A stretch of 62,618 nucleotides of DNA, filler included, from Mustelus asterias (GCF_964213995.1; 4 parts of 4 records of this genome joined end to end with filler, not necessarily neighbours in it), one strand, 5' to 3'. Counted from the whole stretch's first letter, positions 1 to 13,925 are shown. Translations and numbers: made by a program. The notes: a model not told the origin generated them from the sequence alone.

Positions 1-515
1 GGGAGAGAGGGGGACCTGAGGGGGGAGAAAGTGGGGCTGTGGGAGGATGGGGGGAGAGGGCGAGGTGGGCTGAGGTGAGTGTATGAGTGACATGAATATG
101 TGTGTATATACGTGTGAGAGAGACGAGTGTTTGTGTGAGAATCCAACATTCCAGCAACACTCTTCCTATTTGAGCCAAAGAAGCAGCAATAATCCTCCCA
201 TTAAAATTGACAATTAAAAAGACCCAAGTACATTGTTTAATAAGAGAACTTTATTTATAGCAAACACATACAAGAATTAGAAAATACTTCCATAAATTAG
301 ATTTTTCTTCGTTTGTACTTGTTGCAGGAAGATAATCATTTATTTGTGGTTTGGCCCTTCAACATAATAATAAGATTTTTCAGGGTTCCTTCAGTACTCT
401 TGCAAGGTCCAAAGGGTTCCACAGATGGAAAAGCTTGGAAACACCTGGAGTAAGGAATTCTTGCTGCAAATTGGGCTTTGGTGAAATCATACCTGGTGTA
501 CTGTGTACAATTATA

Positions 516-726
516 AGGCGGGAATTTCCAGGCATGCTGTCCCCAAGACTGGAAATTCCCACTCGAGGTCAATGGACGTTTGCATGGTCCCCCCCCCCCC
601 CCCCCCCCCCTCCCCCACCCCCCCCCCCACCCCTCCCTCCCCCCCCCCTCCCCCCCCCACCCCCCTCCTCCCCCCTCCGGCCACTACTGTGATTCCCACG
701 GTGGGCGAGAATGGAAAATTCCCCCC
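516..726 (+). mobile_element. MITE (PIF/Harbinger-like) with internal poly-C expansion
   Basis: Imperfect TIRs AGGCGGGAATTTCC / GGAAAATTCCCCCC, 3-bp TSD ATA. Homologous to 13717-13831 in opposite orientation. Confidence 0.6.
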
Positions 727-2466
727 ATAGTAGTTGTACCTAAGGAAGTATATACTTGGCTTAGAGGACGTGTAACAAAAATTAATGTGATTGATTCTTG
801 GGATGAGATAATTGGTTTTGGAGGAGAGATTGAGTAGCATGGGCCTAATATCTTTGGGATTGAGATGTAAAAAATCCTAAGAGAATCTGACAGGACAGCT
901 GTCTCATGACGTGGGGACAGCCATTTTGGGCTGAGTTGAGGAGATATATCTTTATTCGGGGAGATTATGAATCTTTGGAATTCCCTATTCCAGAGGGATG
1001 TAGACAGTTGTTGAGTTTATTAAAGGCTGAGATCGATAGATTTTTGGACACTCGGGGATCCATATGGGGAGTGGCTGGGAGCCAGCCATGATCTTTATGA
1101 GTGAAGCAGGTCCGAGGGGCCTTATGGTATAAACCTGCTTCTATTCCCTATGTACTTATGTAACCTAATACTCCCACTACAGAGACAGAGACGAAACATC
1201 TGTGAGATGTATGCCAATCTCAAGACGTAGCTTGCTGTTTGTGCCCAGAATTGAAAATGTGTGAGAAAAGCAACAATTATTTCTCCACTATCCATGCAAA
1301 TGACAAAGCACACACTAACCATCTCTATGGCATCAGTGCTTAAGTGGCCAATTTGCCCTGATGCTGCCTCTCCATTTGGTATGCAGCCACCCATCAAGAA
1401 AATCCCGCTTGTCCACTGTGAAACCCAATTGTTTCCGAATACCTAATTATCCGTTACTGTTTAATTGTTAGTACTGTGTAAAGCGGTCTGCGTCATCACT
1501 CATTTGCACAGGTAAGTAATACCTGTATGATGTGAGCACTGTGGGTGCTACGTGAACTCTTGTCTCGTCCAGATGTGTAAACTTTTAGGAGGACAACAAC
1601 AAAAATGAAAAGAAAACAAAATCGGGAACTTGATGTTAATTTATTCCAGACCCAAATTGAATCGAATCCAACAGAACAAATCATGTGGTTTTAATTTGAA
1701 TCCACTCTCAATTCCCTCCATTCATAGAGTGTTACATAACCTAAATGTGCAGTCAATCATTCTAAACACAGAATTCTGAGTGGAAATGGTTTCATTGTTT
1801 TCTATTCAGAACTTTCCCTGCGCAGTTTGGTTACTTGCCTTTGATTTGGTCATGCGATGAAAAATGTGTTCTTCAAATACGCCAATTCTCAATGAAAACT
1901 TTAGTTTTAAATAATCGTGTGTCAACACCAATTAAAGAATCTGCATGTTGGCAGAGGCGTGAAGTGGAAGCGCTGGAGCTATGATCGGGATAAGTGTATG
2001 TGTGATTTGCAGAAACACAGTGCCTGCTATTTAAGCAGCTGTAAAAGTGAGTTACCAACTTGAAGCAGCTTTGAAACGTGCGCTGTAATTTAATCACGCA
2101 ACTTGCTTTAAATCAACCTGGTCACATGGAAGTGCGTGTAGAATTGATCTGCAGAAAGGGAAATAATTGGGATTTCAGGGTTGGTTAAGATACAAAGCCG
2201 TTTCAGAGAGACAAACAATGATGTCTCATTAACTTGCCAGTTTAGCACAAAGTCTTTCATATCCTTCGGCACTGTGAAGTGGTGGGTGGCTGGACGCGAA
2301 ACGCAGCAGGGGGTCGGGAACATGGGCGGGAGGGGGGAGTGCGAGCGAGGAGAGCCAAGGAGCAGAGTCTGAAGAGGCGGGGGGGGAGAGCCGGGGAACA
2401 AAGGATGGGAGGGAAGACGCACTTGGAGGGAGGGAAGAGTCTGAGGAGGAGGAAGAGCACAGTTAA

Positions 2467-2547
2467 AAAGTCTCACCACATCAGGTTAAATCCAACAGGT
2501 TTATTTGGTAGCACAAGCTTTTGGAGTGTCGCTCCTTCTTCAGGTGA
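2467..2547 (-). mobile_element. Penelope-like terminal fragment with degenerate hammerhead
   Basis: Minus strand CACCTGAAGAAGGAGCGACACTCCAAAAGCTTGTG; GAAA is mutated to AAAA. Confidence 0.65.
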
Positions 2548-3395
2548 CAGAGTAGAACATGGGAAAGGATAGGGACCCAAGGATTGGAGCAGACCAGGGG
2601 AGGAGAGGGGCAGGCGGGGGAGGGGGGGGGGGGGGGGGGGGAGGGGGGAGATTGTGGTGTTGGTCAGTGGCGAGAGCCAGGCAGCACAACATGGGAGGGA
2701 AGATGCATGGGGAGCGGCCAGGAGGGAGGACGGGGGGTGGCGGGGGGGGGGGGGGGTGGAATAAGAAGAAAGCATGATAAGGTGGGTGAAGTGTTGTGAA
2801 GGTGTGAGCCAAGGAACAGAGTACAGGGGAGGGGGCAACAGGCAGCAGAGAATGGGGAGAGAGAATAACACCAGGAAGCAGAGTTTGGCGGAAACACCTG
2901 CTATTATAAATTCCCTTCTTGTAAACTACATAACATCATTCAAATGTTGAAATGTAATTCTCCTCTTTAAAAACCATATGGAAGATATTCTGCCAACTGT
3001 TCTTCCAGATGTTATCCTAAGTCATTCCATACATACCACGTCAGCAGTCACAAAACCATATTGAAACACATTTTATTTCTTTTTTAACAATGTACTTTTA
3101 TTTGGTGGATAGGCCTCTCCACTGTAACCTCCCACTTCTCCTTAATGCTTTGTCAGTGGCAGGAGGTTCTGTGGTGTTTCCAGCAAGAAACTTGGGTAAC
3201 TGAAATAACCTTTATATCAAGGTAGCTAAGTTCGCAGTGGGACGTGCTGCGTGTCCTATATTTCTACAATGTTGGCCCACTGCTTACATATTCTCCAGTA
3301 TTCAGGCATCTGTGGGTACTGGTGGGAGGACAAGCATTTGGAACTTCCATAAATAACAATATGTTCACGCAGGTACACACTGAGAGGCTAGGGTC

Positions 3396-3745
3396 ATAGA
3401 GTCATAGAGGTTTACAGCATGGAAACAGGCCCTTCGACCCAACTTGTCCATGCCGCCCTTTTTTTTAAAACCCCTAAGCTAATCCCAATTGCCCACATTT
3501 GGCTCATATCCCTCTATACCCATCTTACCCATGTAACTGTCAAAATGCTTTTTAAAAGACAAAATTGTACCCGCCTCGACGACTACCACTGGCAGCTCGT
3601 TCCAGACACTCACCACCCTCTGTGTGAAAAAATTGCCCCTCTGGACACTTTTGTATCTCTCCCCTCTCACCTTAAACCTATGCCCTCTAGTTTTAGACTC
3701 CCCTACCTTTGGGAAAAGATATTGACTATCTAGCTGATCTGTGCT
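3396..3745 (-). mobile_element. CR1/HER1 LINE 3' fragment
   Basis: ORF2 C-terminus FPKVGESKTRGHRFKV...NFFTQRVVSVWNELP and a CTATGACT tail. Confidence 0.9.
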
Positions 3746-3749
3746 ACTT

Positions 3750-3980
3750 ACAGCTTTTTTCTTGCTGCCATCAGGCTTTTGAATGGACCTACCATGTATT
3801 AAGCTAATCTTTCTCTGCATCCTATCTGTGACTTCAACACTACATTCTGCATCCTCTCCTTTCCTTCTCCCCTATGTACTCTATGAACGGTATGTTTTGT
3901 CCATATAGCGTGCAAGAAACAATACTTTTCACTGTATCCCAGTACATGTGACAATAATAAATCAAATCAAATCAAATCAT
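3750..3980 (+). mobile_element. Rex1/Babar-like LINE 3' tail
   Basis: Same tail as the 18.8, 25.7 and 49.7 kb copies, ending ACAATAATAA(ATCAA)n. Confidence 0.8.
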
Positions 3981-4330
3981 ACTGAGCCTGCGTGCTGGAT
4001 GAGCAAGAATGGAGACCAAATGGTGCCGATCAGATAATAGGAGTTCTTCTGAGAGACAGACCACTCTACACTGCTGTCAGCATTCACACGTTCCAAACCG
4101 GATCTATGACTGTGCTCAGATCATAAGGAAGTGGTGTTAGAGCTGCCACGTGCCCCTCTGTTGAATGCATGGATGTGCATTCTTCCATTGTGGTGTTGCA
4201 GGTATAGTTGGTGGATTGCTCCAACAAAGTCACCATTGTTACAACCAGCCCCACGTGAGATTCCCCAAAGGTTGTTGATCCAGGCGCAACCCCTGAATTT
4301 GTCACTGTCTGTCTGGGATGCCTCTAAAAT

Positions 4331-5612
4331 TGTTACAAGCCTAGGTGAGGAGGGATGACTAACTTTGTGCCTTTATTCACCGCCACAAGGCGGCACGGTA
4401 GCACAGTGGTTAGCACTGCTGCTTCACAGCTCCAGCGACCTGGGTTCGATTCCCGGCTTTGGTCACTGTCTGTGTGGAGTTTGCACCTTCTCCTCATGTC
4501 TGCGTGGGTTTTCTCCGGGTGCTCCGGTTTCCTCCCACAGTCCAAAGATGTGCGTGTTAGGTTGATGGGCCATGCTAAAATTGCCCCGTAGTGTCCTGAG
4601 ATGCGTAGGTTAGAGGGGTTAGCAGGTAAATATGTAGGGATATGGGGGTAGGGCCTGGGTGGGATTGTGGCCGGTGCAGACTCGATGGGCCAAATGGCCT
4701 CTTTCTGCACTGTAGGGTTTCTATGATCTATGATACACCCTCTTCTGGTAGCAACAAAGGTTTAATCTAACGAGGTTCCTTTTCCTGTGGATCCCTTTTC
4801 TAAACCCAATAGTTTAAAAAGGAGCCAATTTAACCAGGCTTTCTTCAGTTAAAATAGAATAAATTTATTTGCTACTAAAAGGATAAGGAGAAATGGTAAG
4901 ACAGATGCATCTACATTCATATGGATTAGAAGTAAGAATTGAGTCCAATAGTAAATAAATATAAATAAAAAGTTATCTGGCACTATCCCTGAGTTGCAAA
5001 GGAGCAGGTGATGACACGTTGTGGCGATTTCAGTTGTTGATTCTTTGGTTCAGATGTTCTGTAGTTTGGTAGAGAAATTTCAGTTCTTTTTCCAGATGTG
5101 AACCTTCTCCTGGCTGATCAACTTTCACAGTCAGCAAGAGAGTTTTAGATGTTCCTGTAAAAGCGGGCTGTTTTGCAGGGGCCCTGTTACAGTTACTGTA
5201 CCACCTTGTGTGGCAAACTTCCAACTGTTTTTCTCACAGCATCCACACACAGACCGACAGATGGACAGACAACTGCTATCCCCCATCTTTTGTGTATTCA
5301 AACTGGAGTCCAATAGTTGCTCGAGGTAATTATACCCAGGATATTTGGATGAGATAGCCTTTATATTCCTTCGTCTTTACCAGAAATGGGAATCAGTCTT
5401 TGGATTATTTTAGAATGACTTTGTCTGGAACCACAGGGAGGGGTTCCATTCTTCCTCAGAGAAACCCCCAGCAGCTATTCCTGTCAGTGGCTAATGATAT
5501 GTTCTCAGCCACCTTTGGGCTCTGTTTCTTTTTGAAAATATGAAATGTGTGTCTTTTCAAAATCCAATATATCCAAATATAATTCCAAGGCTTTTTCTTC
5601 ATCATCATAACA
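4331..5612 (-). mobile_element. Probable LTR (interrupted by a SINE)
   Basis: TGTTA...TAACA termini, minus-strand AATAAA (~4865), and a purine-rich PPT-like AGAGGATGG next to 5612. No TSD found. Confidence 0.4.
4389..4735 (+). mobile_element. HE1-type V-SINE, CR1-type tail
   Basis: tRNA-like head with A/B boxes (GGTAGCACAGTGG, GGTTCGATTCC), V-domain TGTGGAGTTTGCA...TCCGGTTTCCTCCCAC, and CTATGAT tail. Confidence 0.92.
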
Positions 5613-6176
5613 CCATCCTCTGAAAATAAGTTTGATACTCTGAAAGCATCCTTTTACTCCTAAGATTTGGCCCCTGAGGATACTAAGTCAAGGACAAACA
5701 TCTTCAGCCTTTCAGAGAGCAATATGTACCTCTTTATCTACTGCTCCAAGCTCCTTCTAATCACTCTCTCTGATCTACTGCCAGTCTGACTAGATGGATG
5801 GATAGGTATTTTTGCATTGATACTTGCGGGCGTGAGGTGCAATGATGGAGATGCAAGAGACACCAGATGATTCATGAGATGCAATTTATTCCTGACAAAA
5901 AATGATTGCCTAGACCCTTTGAAGTCCCATAGCTACTCAAGTGCTGCAGCAATTCCATTTTTCTCCTCCTCTTCTTCCGCAACCCCACTCCCGTACCCAA
6001 ATACTTGGAGACTACCCATAACATTAAAAAAAGGTTAACCAAGGTATATAAAGTGAGATGATGGAGGGATTATGTTGGCAGGAGTTCCAGTCTAATTGGA
6101 CTTTCAATGATGTGCATACTCTTACTCTATCACAACGGCACACACAACATTGCCTGTTAATTCTGGGAATCTGCTA

Positions 6177-6482
6177 CGGTGGCACAGTGGTTAGCACTGC
6201 TGCCTCACAGCGCCAGGGACCCAGATTCAATTCCGGCCTTGGGTCACTGTCTGTGTGGAGTTTGCATACTCTTCCCATGTCTGTGTGGATTTCCTCTGGG
6301 TGCTCCGGTTTCCTCCCATGGTCCAAAGATGTGCGGGTTGGGTTGATTGGCCATGCTGAATTGACCCTAGTGTCGGGGGTTTAGCAGGGTAAATGGGTAT
6401 AGGTGGGATTGTGGTCGGTGCAGACTCAATGGGCTGAATGGCCTCCTTCTGCACTGTAGGGATTCTATGGATTCTATGATAC
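6177..6482 (+). mobile_element. HE1-type V-SINE
   Basis: Same head, V-domain and tail. Confidence 0.9.
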
Positions 6483-7084
6483 TTCATTTAGCATATTTAC
6501 ACAACAGATATAGAAAATGCAATGAAAGTCAAGCTTCAGGCTTCTGACAGAAAAGATAACAGAGACAACTCTATGGGATAATTTCATATGTCCACATTGC
6601 CACCAGCACATCAGTAAATCTGGGATGTGCTACCCCTGATTTCCCCTGGTCCCTGCATTCAATTTGCACTACAAGTGATCACAGCTCCCTGCTGGCAACA
6701 GGATCTTGTAATATTGGTCCCTATAAGCAGATTTAATGATCTTGTTATGAATTATGTTATACTTTATTATGCTATAAACCTTGGGCTTGATATTCCAGGG
6801 CCTAGTGGGCACATTGGGAGTGAAAAATGTCACAATTTGGGAATTAACCTGGATCCAGTGGGTGTCTGCATTGTTTTCACAATTAAGTACCCACCTCTTC
6901 CCATCAGACATATGAAGAGGTAATGTCATTATCCATCATGCATTTCAGCGTTTACACCTTATTATTTCCAAGATGGCGTCGGAGCATGGCGACTTCTTGT
7001 GAGTTGTGCCTAGCATACCCTCTCATTCTATTTTTTACACTCGTTCTATGCTTTTACACCCGCCGGCATCTCCACATCATTACA

Positions 7085-7645
7085 AAAGCAGGTCAGGGGC
7101 TGGGAATTCTACACTGCGTGACTCATCTCCTGATTCCCCTACAAGGCACAAGTCAAGAGTGTGATGGAATACTCTCCACTTGCCGGGAGTATAGCTCCAA
7201 CAACAGTCAAGAAGCTTGACACAAACCAGGAGAATGCAGCCTGATTGGCACCCCATCCACAATCTTAAACATTCACACCATCACTAGTGTGTAATTGCAG
7301 CAGCGTGTTCCATCGGCAAGAAGTACAGCAACTCACCAGGCTCCTTCGACAGCATCTTCCAAACCTGCAACCCATACCACCTAGGAAAACAAGGGCACAT
7401 GGGAATACCACCATCAGCAAGTTCCCTACAAGCCACATACTATCTCGAGATTTGGAATTGTATTGTCGTTCCTTCACTGTGACTGGGTCGAAATCTGTGA
7501 ACTCCCTCCCGAACAGCTCTATGAGTGTACCTGCACCGCATGGACTTTAGTGGTTCAAGAAGGCACTCATCATCAGTTTCTCAAGGGCAATTAGGGATAT
7601 ATGCAGGCCTTTCAAGTGATGCCCACATCCCATGAACAAATGGGG
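7085..7645 (+). mobile_element. Old CR1/L2-group LINE 3' fragment
   Basis: Tail TTCTCAAGGGCAATTAGGGAT...CCCACATCCCATGAA is shared with 42480-42660. Confidence 0.6.
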
Positions 7646-7964
7646 AAAAAAACAAAGCAACTTGGATTTTTTTCTCTGCTGAAAAGCCGGAAGTCTTGAC
7701 TTTCTCTTTGCCTGCAGCTTTCAGTAAGTGGGCTGAGAAGCTGCAACATGATATTCCCTTTGGAAATTCCATAATACTTGTTGCATATGCTGCAGTTAGA
7801 AGAGGAGGAGGAGGAGGAGGAGGCACTCAGAAAAGCCAGTAACATCAACAAGAATGATTTCCTCTTGGAAGCATCTTATTGACTCCCACACTCCTTCCTC
7901 AACAGACTCAACATTTGAAAGTGTTTCATTGGCTGTAGAGTGTTTTGGAATGTCATGCTGTACT

Positions 7965-8500
7965 GTCCAAAATGGTGTTTGGGGAGGCAAACCTGCAATT
8001 GGATCCAGCTGCTCTGCACAAACATTACACAGTCTCAGTCAATGGGTGGGAATTAGAAAGCTTTCAGATCAAATCTGATGTCGGGCAGGGCTGCTCTCTC
8101 TTCTCTGTCCTGTTTGTGTGTTGCATAGAACCTTTTGCCGAGTCCATCAGGAAGGATCCAGGTGTGAGGAGTGACGATCTGTGACAGCAGAGGCACACAG
8201 ATCAAAGAGCCTCACTGTACATGGGCAATGTCACAGTCTTCTGCTCGGATCCAAAAGCGGTGTGCAGGCTTCTGAATGCCTGCAACCAGTTCGAACTGAC
8301 CTTAGGAGCCAAGATAAACCATGGCAAGTGTGGGGCCATGATGTTCTTTGGGAACTGGGCTGACCGATCCTTTGTCCCCTTCACCGTCAGGTCAGAATAC
8401 CTGAAGGTGCTGGGGATATTGTTTGCAGCAGCTGGGACATGCACCAAAAACTGGAGGCGTGTATTGCCAAGGTAAAGCAGAAAATGGGCATGGGGGAGTA
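7965..8500 (+). mobile_element. Tx1/L1-clade reverse transcriptase fragment (decayed)
   Basis: VNGWELESFQIKSDVGQGCSLFSVLFVCCIEPFAESIR (decayed GVRQGCPLSP) and LYMGNV (decayed YMDD), with frameshifts. Confidence 0.75.
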
Positions 8501-9026
8501 ACACTTCTTTTAACTGGATTTCTGAACTACCTCCATCTCAAAGTTTGCTCTGACTGACTGAATGAGTCACAAGCATCTTAACTTCTTTTGATTTCTTCCA
8601 GTACATTTATAGGGTCTTTTGCAATATTCATTGGTTCACCATGAATATTGGGTAAATATTGAATCTTTGAGGTCTCATTAAGGCAGTTCATTTTGCCAAT
8701 TTAAAAAAGACAATTGTGAAGGATATTATTTTCAAAAGAGTGACTGGGTTGCTAACATTTAGGAGTATGAGGGAAATGCCACCAATGACTCTGAAAATTA
8801 AATCAACAGAAATGTATTAAATTCCTTATATGTGTGTGTTATGATCACCAAAACTGCTTCCTAAATGTGAATGAATGCTATTATGGCAGCTGCTGCAAAG
8901 CTTTTTTTTCTATTGTAACACAAGATGTCAGTTCTTTAGTTTTGCTTTCACTGAGAAATGATCTTTGTTCTCCTATTAACACATTTTGCTATCTTACCTT
9001 GATGTCATTATCAGCACCTCCTTAAT

Positions 9027-9310
9027 GGGCGGCACGGTGGCACAGTGGTTAGCACTGCTACCTCACAGCACCGGGAACCTGGGTTCGATTCCTGGCTTGG
9101 GTCACTGTCTGTGTGGAGTTTGCATGTTCTCCCCGTGTCTGCGTGGGTTTCCCTCGGGTGCTCCGGTTTCCTCCCACAGTCTGAAAGACATGCTGGTTAG
9201 GGTGCATTGACCTGAACAGGCGCTAGAGTGTGGCAACTAGGGGAATTTCACAGTGACTTCATTACAGTGTTAATGTAAGCCTTACTTGTGACTAATAAAT
9301 AAACAAACTT
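9027..9310 (+). mobile_element. V-SINE with alternative tail
   Basis: HE1 head and V-domain, but the tail is ...GTGTTAATGTAAGCCTTACTTGTGACTAATAAATAAAC. Confidence 0.88.
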
Positions 9311-10953
9311 TTCCTCATGTGAGGGAATGTTTGAATTCTTGGGTCAGCTTGAGTTCTACCCCTCTTGCCTGCCTCTTTCTCACATTATAAGTTACCTTCT
9401 CTCCAAGGTTAAACAGATGAAATGCTTGGGAGTGGCACACAAGCCTAGTCAACACATTGTGGTCAGCATTGAGGATTAGAAGAACATAATAACAGCAAGA
9501 AATGGGCGATGAGGCTTAGAATGGTCAGCGTGCGTGACAAATTGTGAGGGAAGAATTATTTGCAGGTAATATAGGAAAAAAATAGGATGATAGTCCACAG
9601 TTACACAGTGCATTCCTGCCAATCAGTAGCTGAATGTGTGAGGGAGAGGAGTGGCATGAGAGGTATGACAGTATTCAAGGCATGTGTGGAGTTTAACACC
9701 TGCTTTTTCTGCCTTGTTAGCTCATTACACTTCATGTATCACGGGGCTACCCTTTGCAGGATACTCACAGTTGGTGCCACTTCCTGTTACATGGCATGAG
9801 CCATGGAGTGCTCTACTTTCCTAATGCCCACCACAACATTGCACTTCTCTTCTGGTTCTTCTCTATCAGTAATACCCCTGCTACCCCTACCCTAGTCACC
9901 GTTTCATGCTGTTGTATATTTAAAAAGGGTTGTAGGGTTGCTTTAAAAGCTGATCACATGATTTGATGGAGATAGCATTAGGATTGTGCTCAGGCTGCTG
10001 TTTCACTTTCAGTTTTGTGCTTGATGCAGTACAGAGAGCAGCTCTTCAATAAAACCTGTTGTGTGTTTAATTGAATCTACATGTGCAAACCAAGTCTTTT
10101 CTTTTAAAACCCACAACCCTAACATAGTTAGGATATTACACATGCCAACGATCCTGGGGCTGTGCTGTCTTCAAATTACCACAAGCCTTCAAATCATCAG
10201 GTCTCTTTTCTCACAGGTTCATCACTTCTTTTCCACTCCATTGAAATTCTCCAATTACAGATGGAACTTACTTTGTTTGACAGCCCAACAATGTACAAAT
10301 TCGTTGACACGGGTTTCCAATGGAGTCCGAAGTTTGACAGCCAGGAGGACTGCTTTGTAGGTCTTCTGATTGAAAGTGGATCTCTGGATAATTCAGGGCC
10401 ATTATTTCTAGTATTTACTGCTGTAGGTAGAGACAAAAATGATGGCCATCAAAATAGTTTTCAAGAAATATTTTGAATGAGCTCATCAAATCAGTTTCCC
10501 TTCCTTGTTCATTACTTTACTAATAGCTGGGGCTAATGACTCCTGATTTTTGGCTGATTTTTTAATACTTTGTGCTACTTTTTAATTTCTGGTCACCTCA
10601 AGGAGGTGGGCAAGGCAAATGGCAATAACACTTTCAGGAGCCATACCCACACTCTGACTTTTCCTCTTGCACAACTCGACTCAGATCAATGCAGCTTCCA
10701 GCTGCACTCATTCCTAACCCCATCATATCCCTATCGGAACTGTCAACACTCACATTCACCCTCATCTTGTGCTATTTCACAACTGTCCCTCACAATCTCC
10801 TCCAAAAATGTTGGCCTGCCCTCCTCTCCACAAAATCCATTTCTCACACTCACAACTCTGCTATCCTTCCCTGCATGTAATCCATGGAGCGGCAGAGGAC
10901 TGGAAGGTTAGTGGAGTGGGTGAGGGTGAGGACTCTCCAATGACAGTCACCTT

Positions 10954-11300
10954 AGAATAGAATAGAAGAATAGAATAGAAACCCTACAGTGCAGAAGGAG
11001 GCCATTCGGCCCATCGAGTCTGCACCGACCACAATCCCACCCAGGCCTTATCCCCACATATTTACCCGCTAATCCCTCTAACCTACGCATCCCAGGACTC
11101 TAAGGGGCAATTTTTAACCTGGCCAATCAACCTAACCCGCACATCTTTGGACTGTGGGAGGAAACCGGAGCACCCGGAGGAAACCCACGCAGACACGAGG
11201 AGAATGTGCAAACTCCACACAGACAGTGACCCGAGCCGGGAATCGAACCCGGAACCCTGGAGCTGTGAAGCAGCAGTGCTAACCATTGTGCTACCGTGCC
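10954..11300 (-). mobile_element. HE1-type V-SINE
   Basis: Full-length reverse copy with a (TTCTA)n tail. Confidence 0.92.
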
Positions 11301-12379
11301 ACCTTGATGGCAATGTGAGCCCTCTTGGTCTGCTGGGAAGGAGGTCATGGTCCAAGAGTCCGCAGTTGTCAGCAATGACCTGACACAAAAAGCCTGAAGT
11401 ACTGATTCTCACATTTTTTGAAGGAGCCTATCCCCCACCTATAGACCTTGCATTGTGGTCTCGTCTGAATCTCTGTGTCCATCCCCTCTGTCCAATGTAG
11501 TGGAATGTGGCTGAGAAGAAGGCAGTTGTGCTGCTGTTGATGCTGTTCCTGCTGCTACTGTTGATGTTGCTGCTCCTCGTGATCCTGATCAGCATTGCAA
11601 GCTGCATAAAGATGCTTAAATGCCAAACTGGCTGAACAGCAGATCAAGGTGACCAATGTGCAAGACAAGAGGTGACTTCCAAGAAGTTAGAAATAAAACA
11701 GTAGCACACTCTCAGAAGAAGCGCTGTGAATACCAGCCTTTAATCTGGCCATGCCTTCAGCTCTTCACTTTCATTATTTGGAGGTTTCCCAGCCTACTAG
11801 TTTCACCAAAGAAGCGATCCCTGCTGTGAACTTGCCCTTGGTGTGATGTAGGGTGCTTGGGAAACCCATGTTGCTGACTGTTAAAACCAGAATGCAGGCT
11901 TAACTTCAAAGCTAATTATCAATTTACATGTTATGATTTTCCCATCAGCTCTACAGTATTTCCCACTTTCCTGCTATTCTGCCCGGGTCACACAGGGAAG
12001 TGGATGGGAGCATGTCGGATTGCTGACCCAATGCCATTTTTAGGGATTTAATCTGTACCTTGTGCCCAACTCCCCTTTGCAGTGAACAGACTGCAGATAA
12101 TGGGCTAGGCGGATTGGCTATGCTTAATTGCCCCTTCGTGTCAGGGGGACTAACTGTGTGACTATAGGGGATTATGGGGATAGGGCCTGGGTGGGATTGC
12201 AGTCGGTGTTGACGCGATGGGCCACATGGCATCCACCCTCGTCATGGGGTGTGTCCGTCCATCCATCGTTGCTAAACTCACCTTCCATGTCATGACCAGC
12301 CAATCCGTCTTGCTGATAGCATTGAAGCATAGTAGTGATTTGTTGTAGTCGATGTTGTGCACACGGTCTTTCAACTGTT

Positions 12380-13925
12380 GTTTGATAAAATGCCAGGATT
12401 ATTAGCAAATAAAGCCCATGAAAAGGGATGAAAAGGGCAGTAGTTGGACTGCAAGGAGTTACACAAGATTCAATACGGTGGACCACTGTTGTTTTGAATA
12501 TATACTAATGATTTGAATTTGGGAGGACTGGAAATAATTTCAAAATTATCTAGATGACACAAAACTTTGAAGTGTGGTAAACAGTGAAGGAGATATTCTA
12601 AGAGGACATGGATAGACTGGTGGAATGGGTGGACAGACTCATGTCAATGCAGCAAATTGTGAAGTGATACAATTTTGGTATGTTGAATAAGGAGGGACAA
12701 TACATGCTAAATGGTAAAAATTAAGGGAGTGGAAGAAAAGAGAGAACTGCTGCTTATGCACAAATCTCTGAAAGTTGCAGGACAGGTTAACAATGCTTTG
12801 GGTTACTCTCTGTGTAGAGTTTGCCTATTCTCCCCATGTCTGCATGGGTTTCCTTCGGGAGTTTCGGTTTCCTCCCACAGTCCAAAGATGTGCAGGTTGG
12901 GTGGATTGGCCATGCTAAATTGCCCCTTAGTGTCCAAAGACATGTAGGTTAGGGGGATTAGTGGGGTAAATACGTGGGGCTACCAGATAGGGTGGTGGGT
13001 GGGCCTGGGTAAGATGTTCTGTTAGAGGGTCGGTGCAGACTCGATGGGCTGAATGGCCTTCTTCTGCACCGTAGGGATTCTATGAGTATTGTGTTACAGT
13101 TCACTAAGTTGCATTTTGTAGTTGGAACTGTGGCAGTGATGGTAGAGGCTCCAACTTTCTTTCAACACATGGGCCATTGGCATGTGTTGGAAGGACTTAC
13201 AGGTTTTCTCATCAACCTGTTCGTTCATGTTATGGACACACTTTCCTTGGCCATCAAGGGCTCTAATCCAGAGCTTCTGGCTCAGAGATAGGGACTTTAT
13301 CCCTTGCACCAGGGGCCTTTATAAGTGGATGCATCGGGTAAGCAAGTTATGTAAGCCTATATAAAACACCACTTCAGCCACAGCTGCAATCTTGTGTCCA
13401 ATTCTGGGCACCACACTTGAGGAAGGAAGTGAAAGCTTTGCAGAGGGTACAGAAGAGATTTACAAGATTGGTTCCAGGAATAAGCGATTACAGTTACTTG
13501 CACAGACTGGTGTTGTTCTTCCATTAGCCGAGAGGGTGAGGAGGAGACTTGCGACAGATATTTTAAAATCATGAATGGTTTAAAAAGAGTAAATTAAAAA
13601 AACTGTTTCCATTGACTAAAGGGAGATACCAGATGGCACATATTTAAAATGCTTGGCAAAAGAACTAGAGGCAAAATGAGGAAAAAAAATATTTTTATAC
13701 TATGAATGGTTACAATGGCTGAAATTTTACTGCCCTGCCCGCCACGGGAATCGGAGCGGAGGTGTGGAGCGTGGGAAGGTCTGTTGACCTCGGACGGGAT
13801 TTTACGGAGTCGAGGCCGTAAAATCCCGCCCAATGTGTTTGATAGGGTGGGTGGTGAACACAGATCTAATAGTATTGATTAAATTCCCTTCAAAAGATGA
13901 TGGGCCGAATGGCTGCCTTCTGTAA
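12380..13925 (+). mobile_element. Decayed CR1 LINE with nested SINE (12798-13085) and MITE
   Basis: Recognisable CR1 RT and 3' motifs (GATGACACAAAACT, TGTCCAATTCTGGGCACCACAC, GATGGGCCGAATGGC). Confidence 0.7.
13717..13831 (-). mobile_element. MITE (PIF/Harbinger-like) inserted in a CR1 remnant
   Basis: TIRs GGCTGAAATTTTAC / GTAAAATCCCGCCC, 3-bp TSD AAT. Confidence 0.6.

Noticed and set aside
351-2897. Poly-Pro/poly-Gly ORFs
   Set aside because: They arise from C/G homopolymer runs.
4389-4460. tRNA genes
   Set aside because: All tRNA-like heads continue into V-domain and tail sequence, so they are SINEs.
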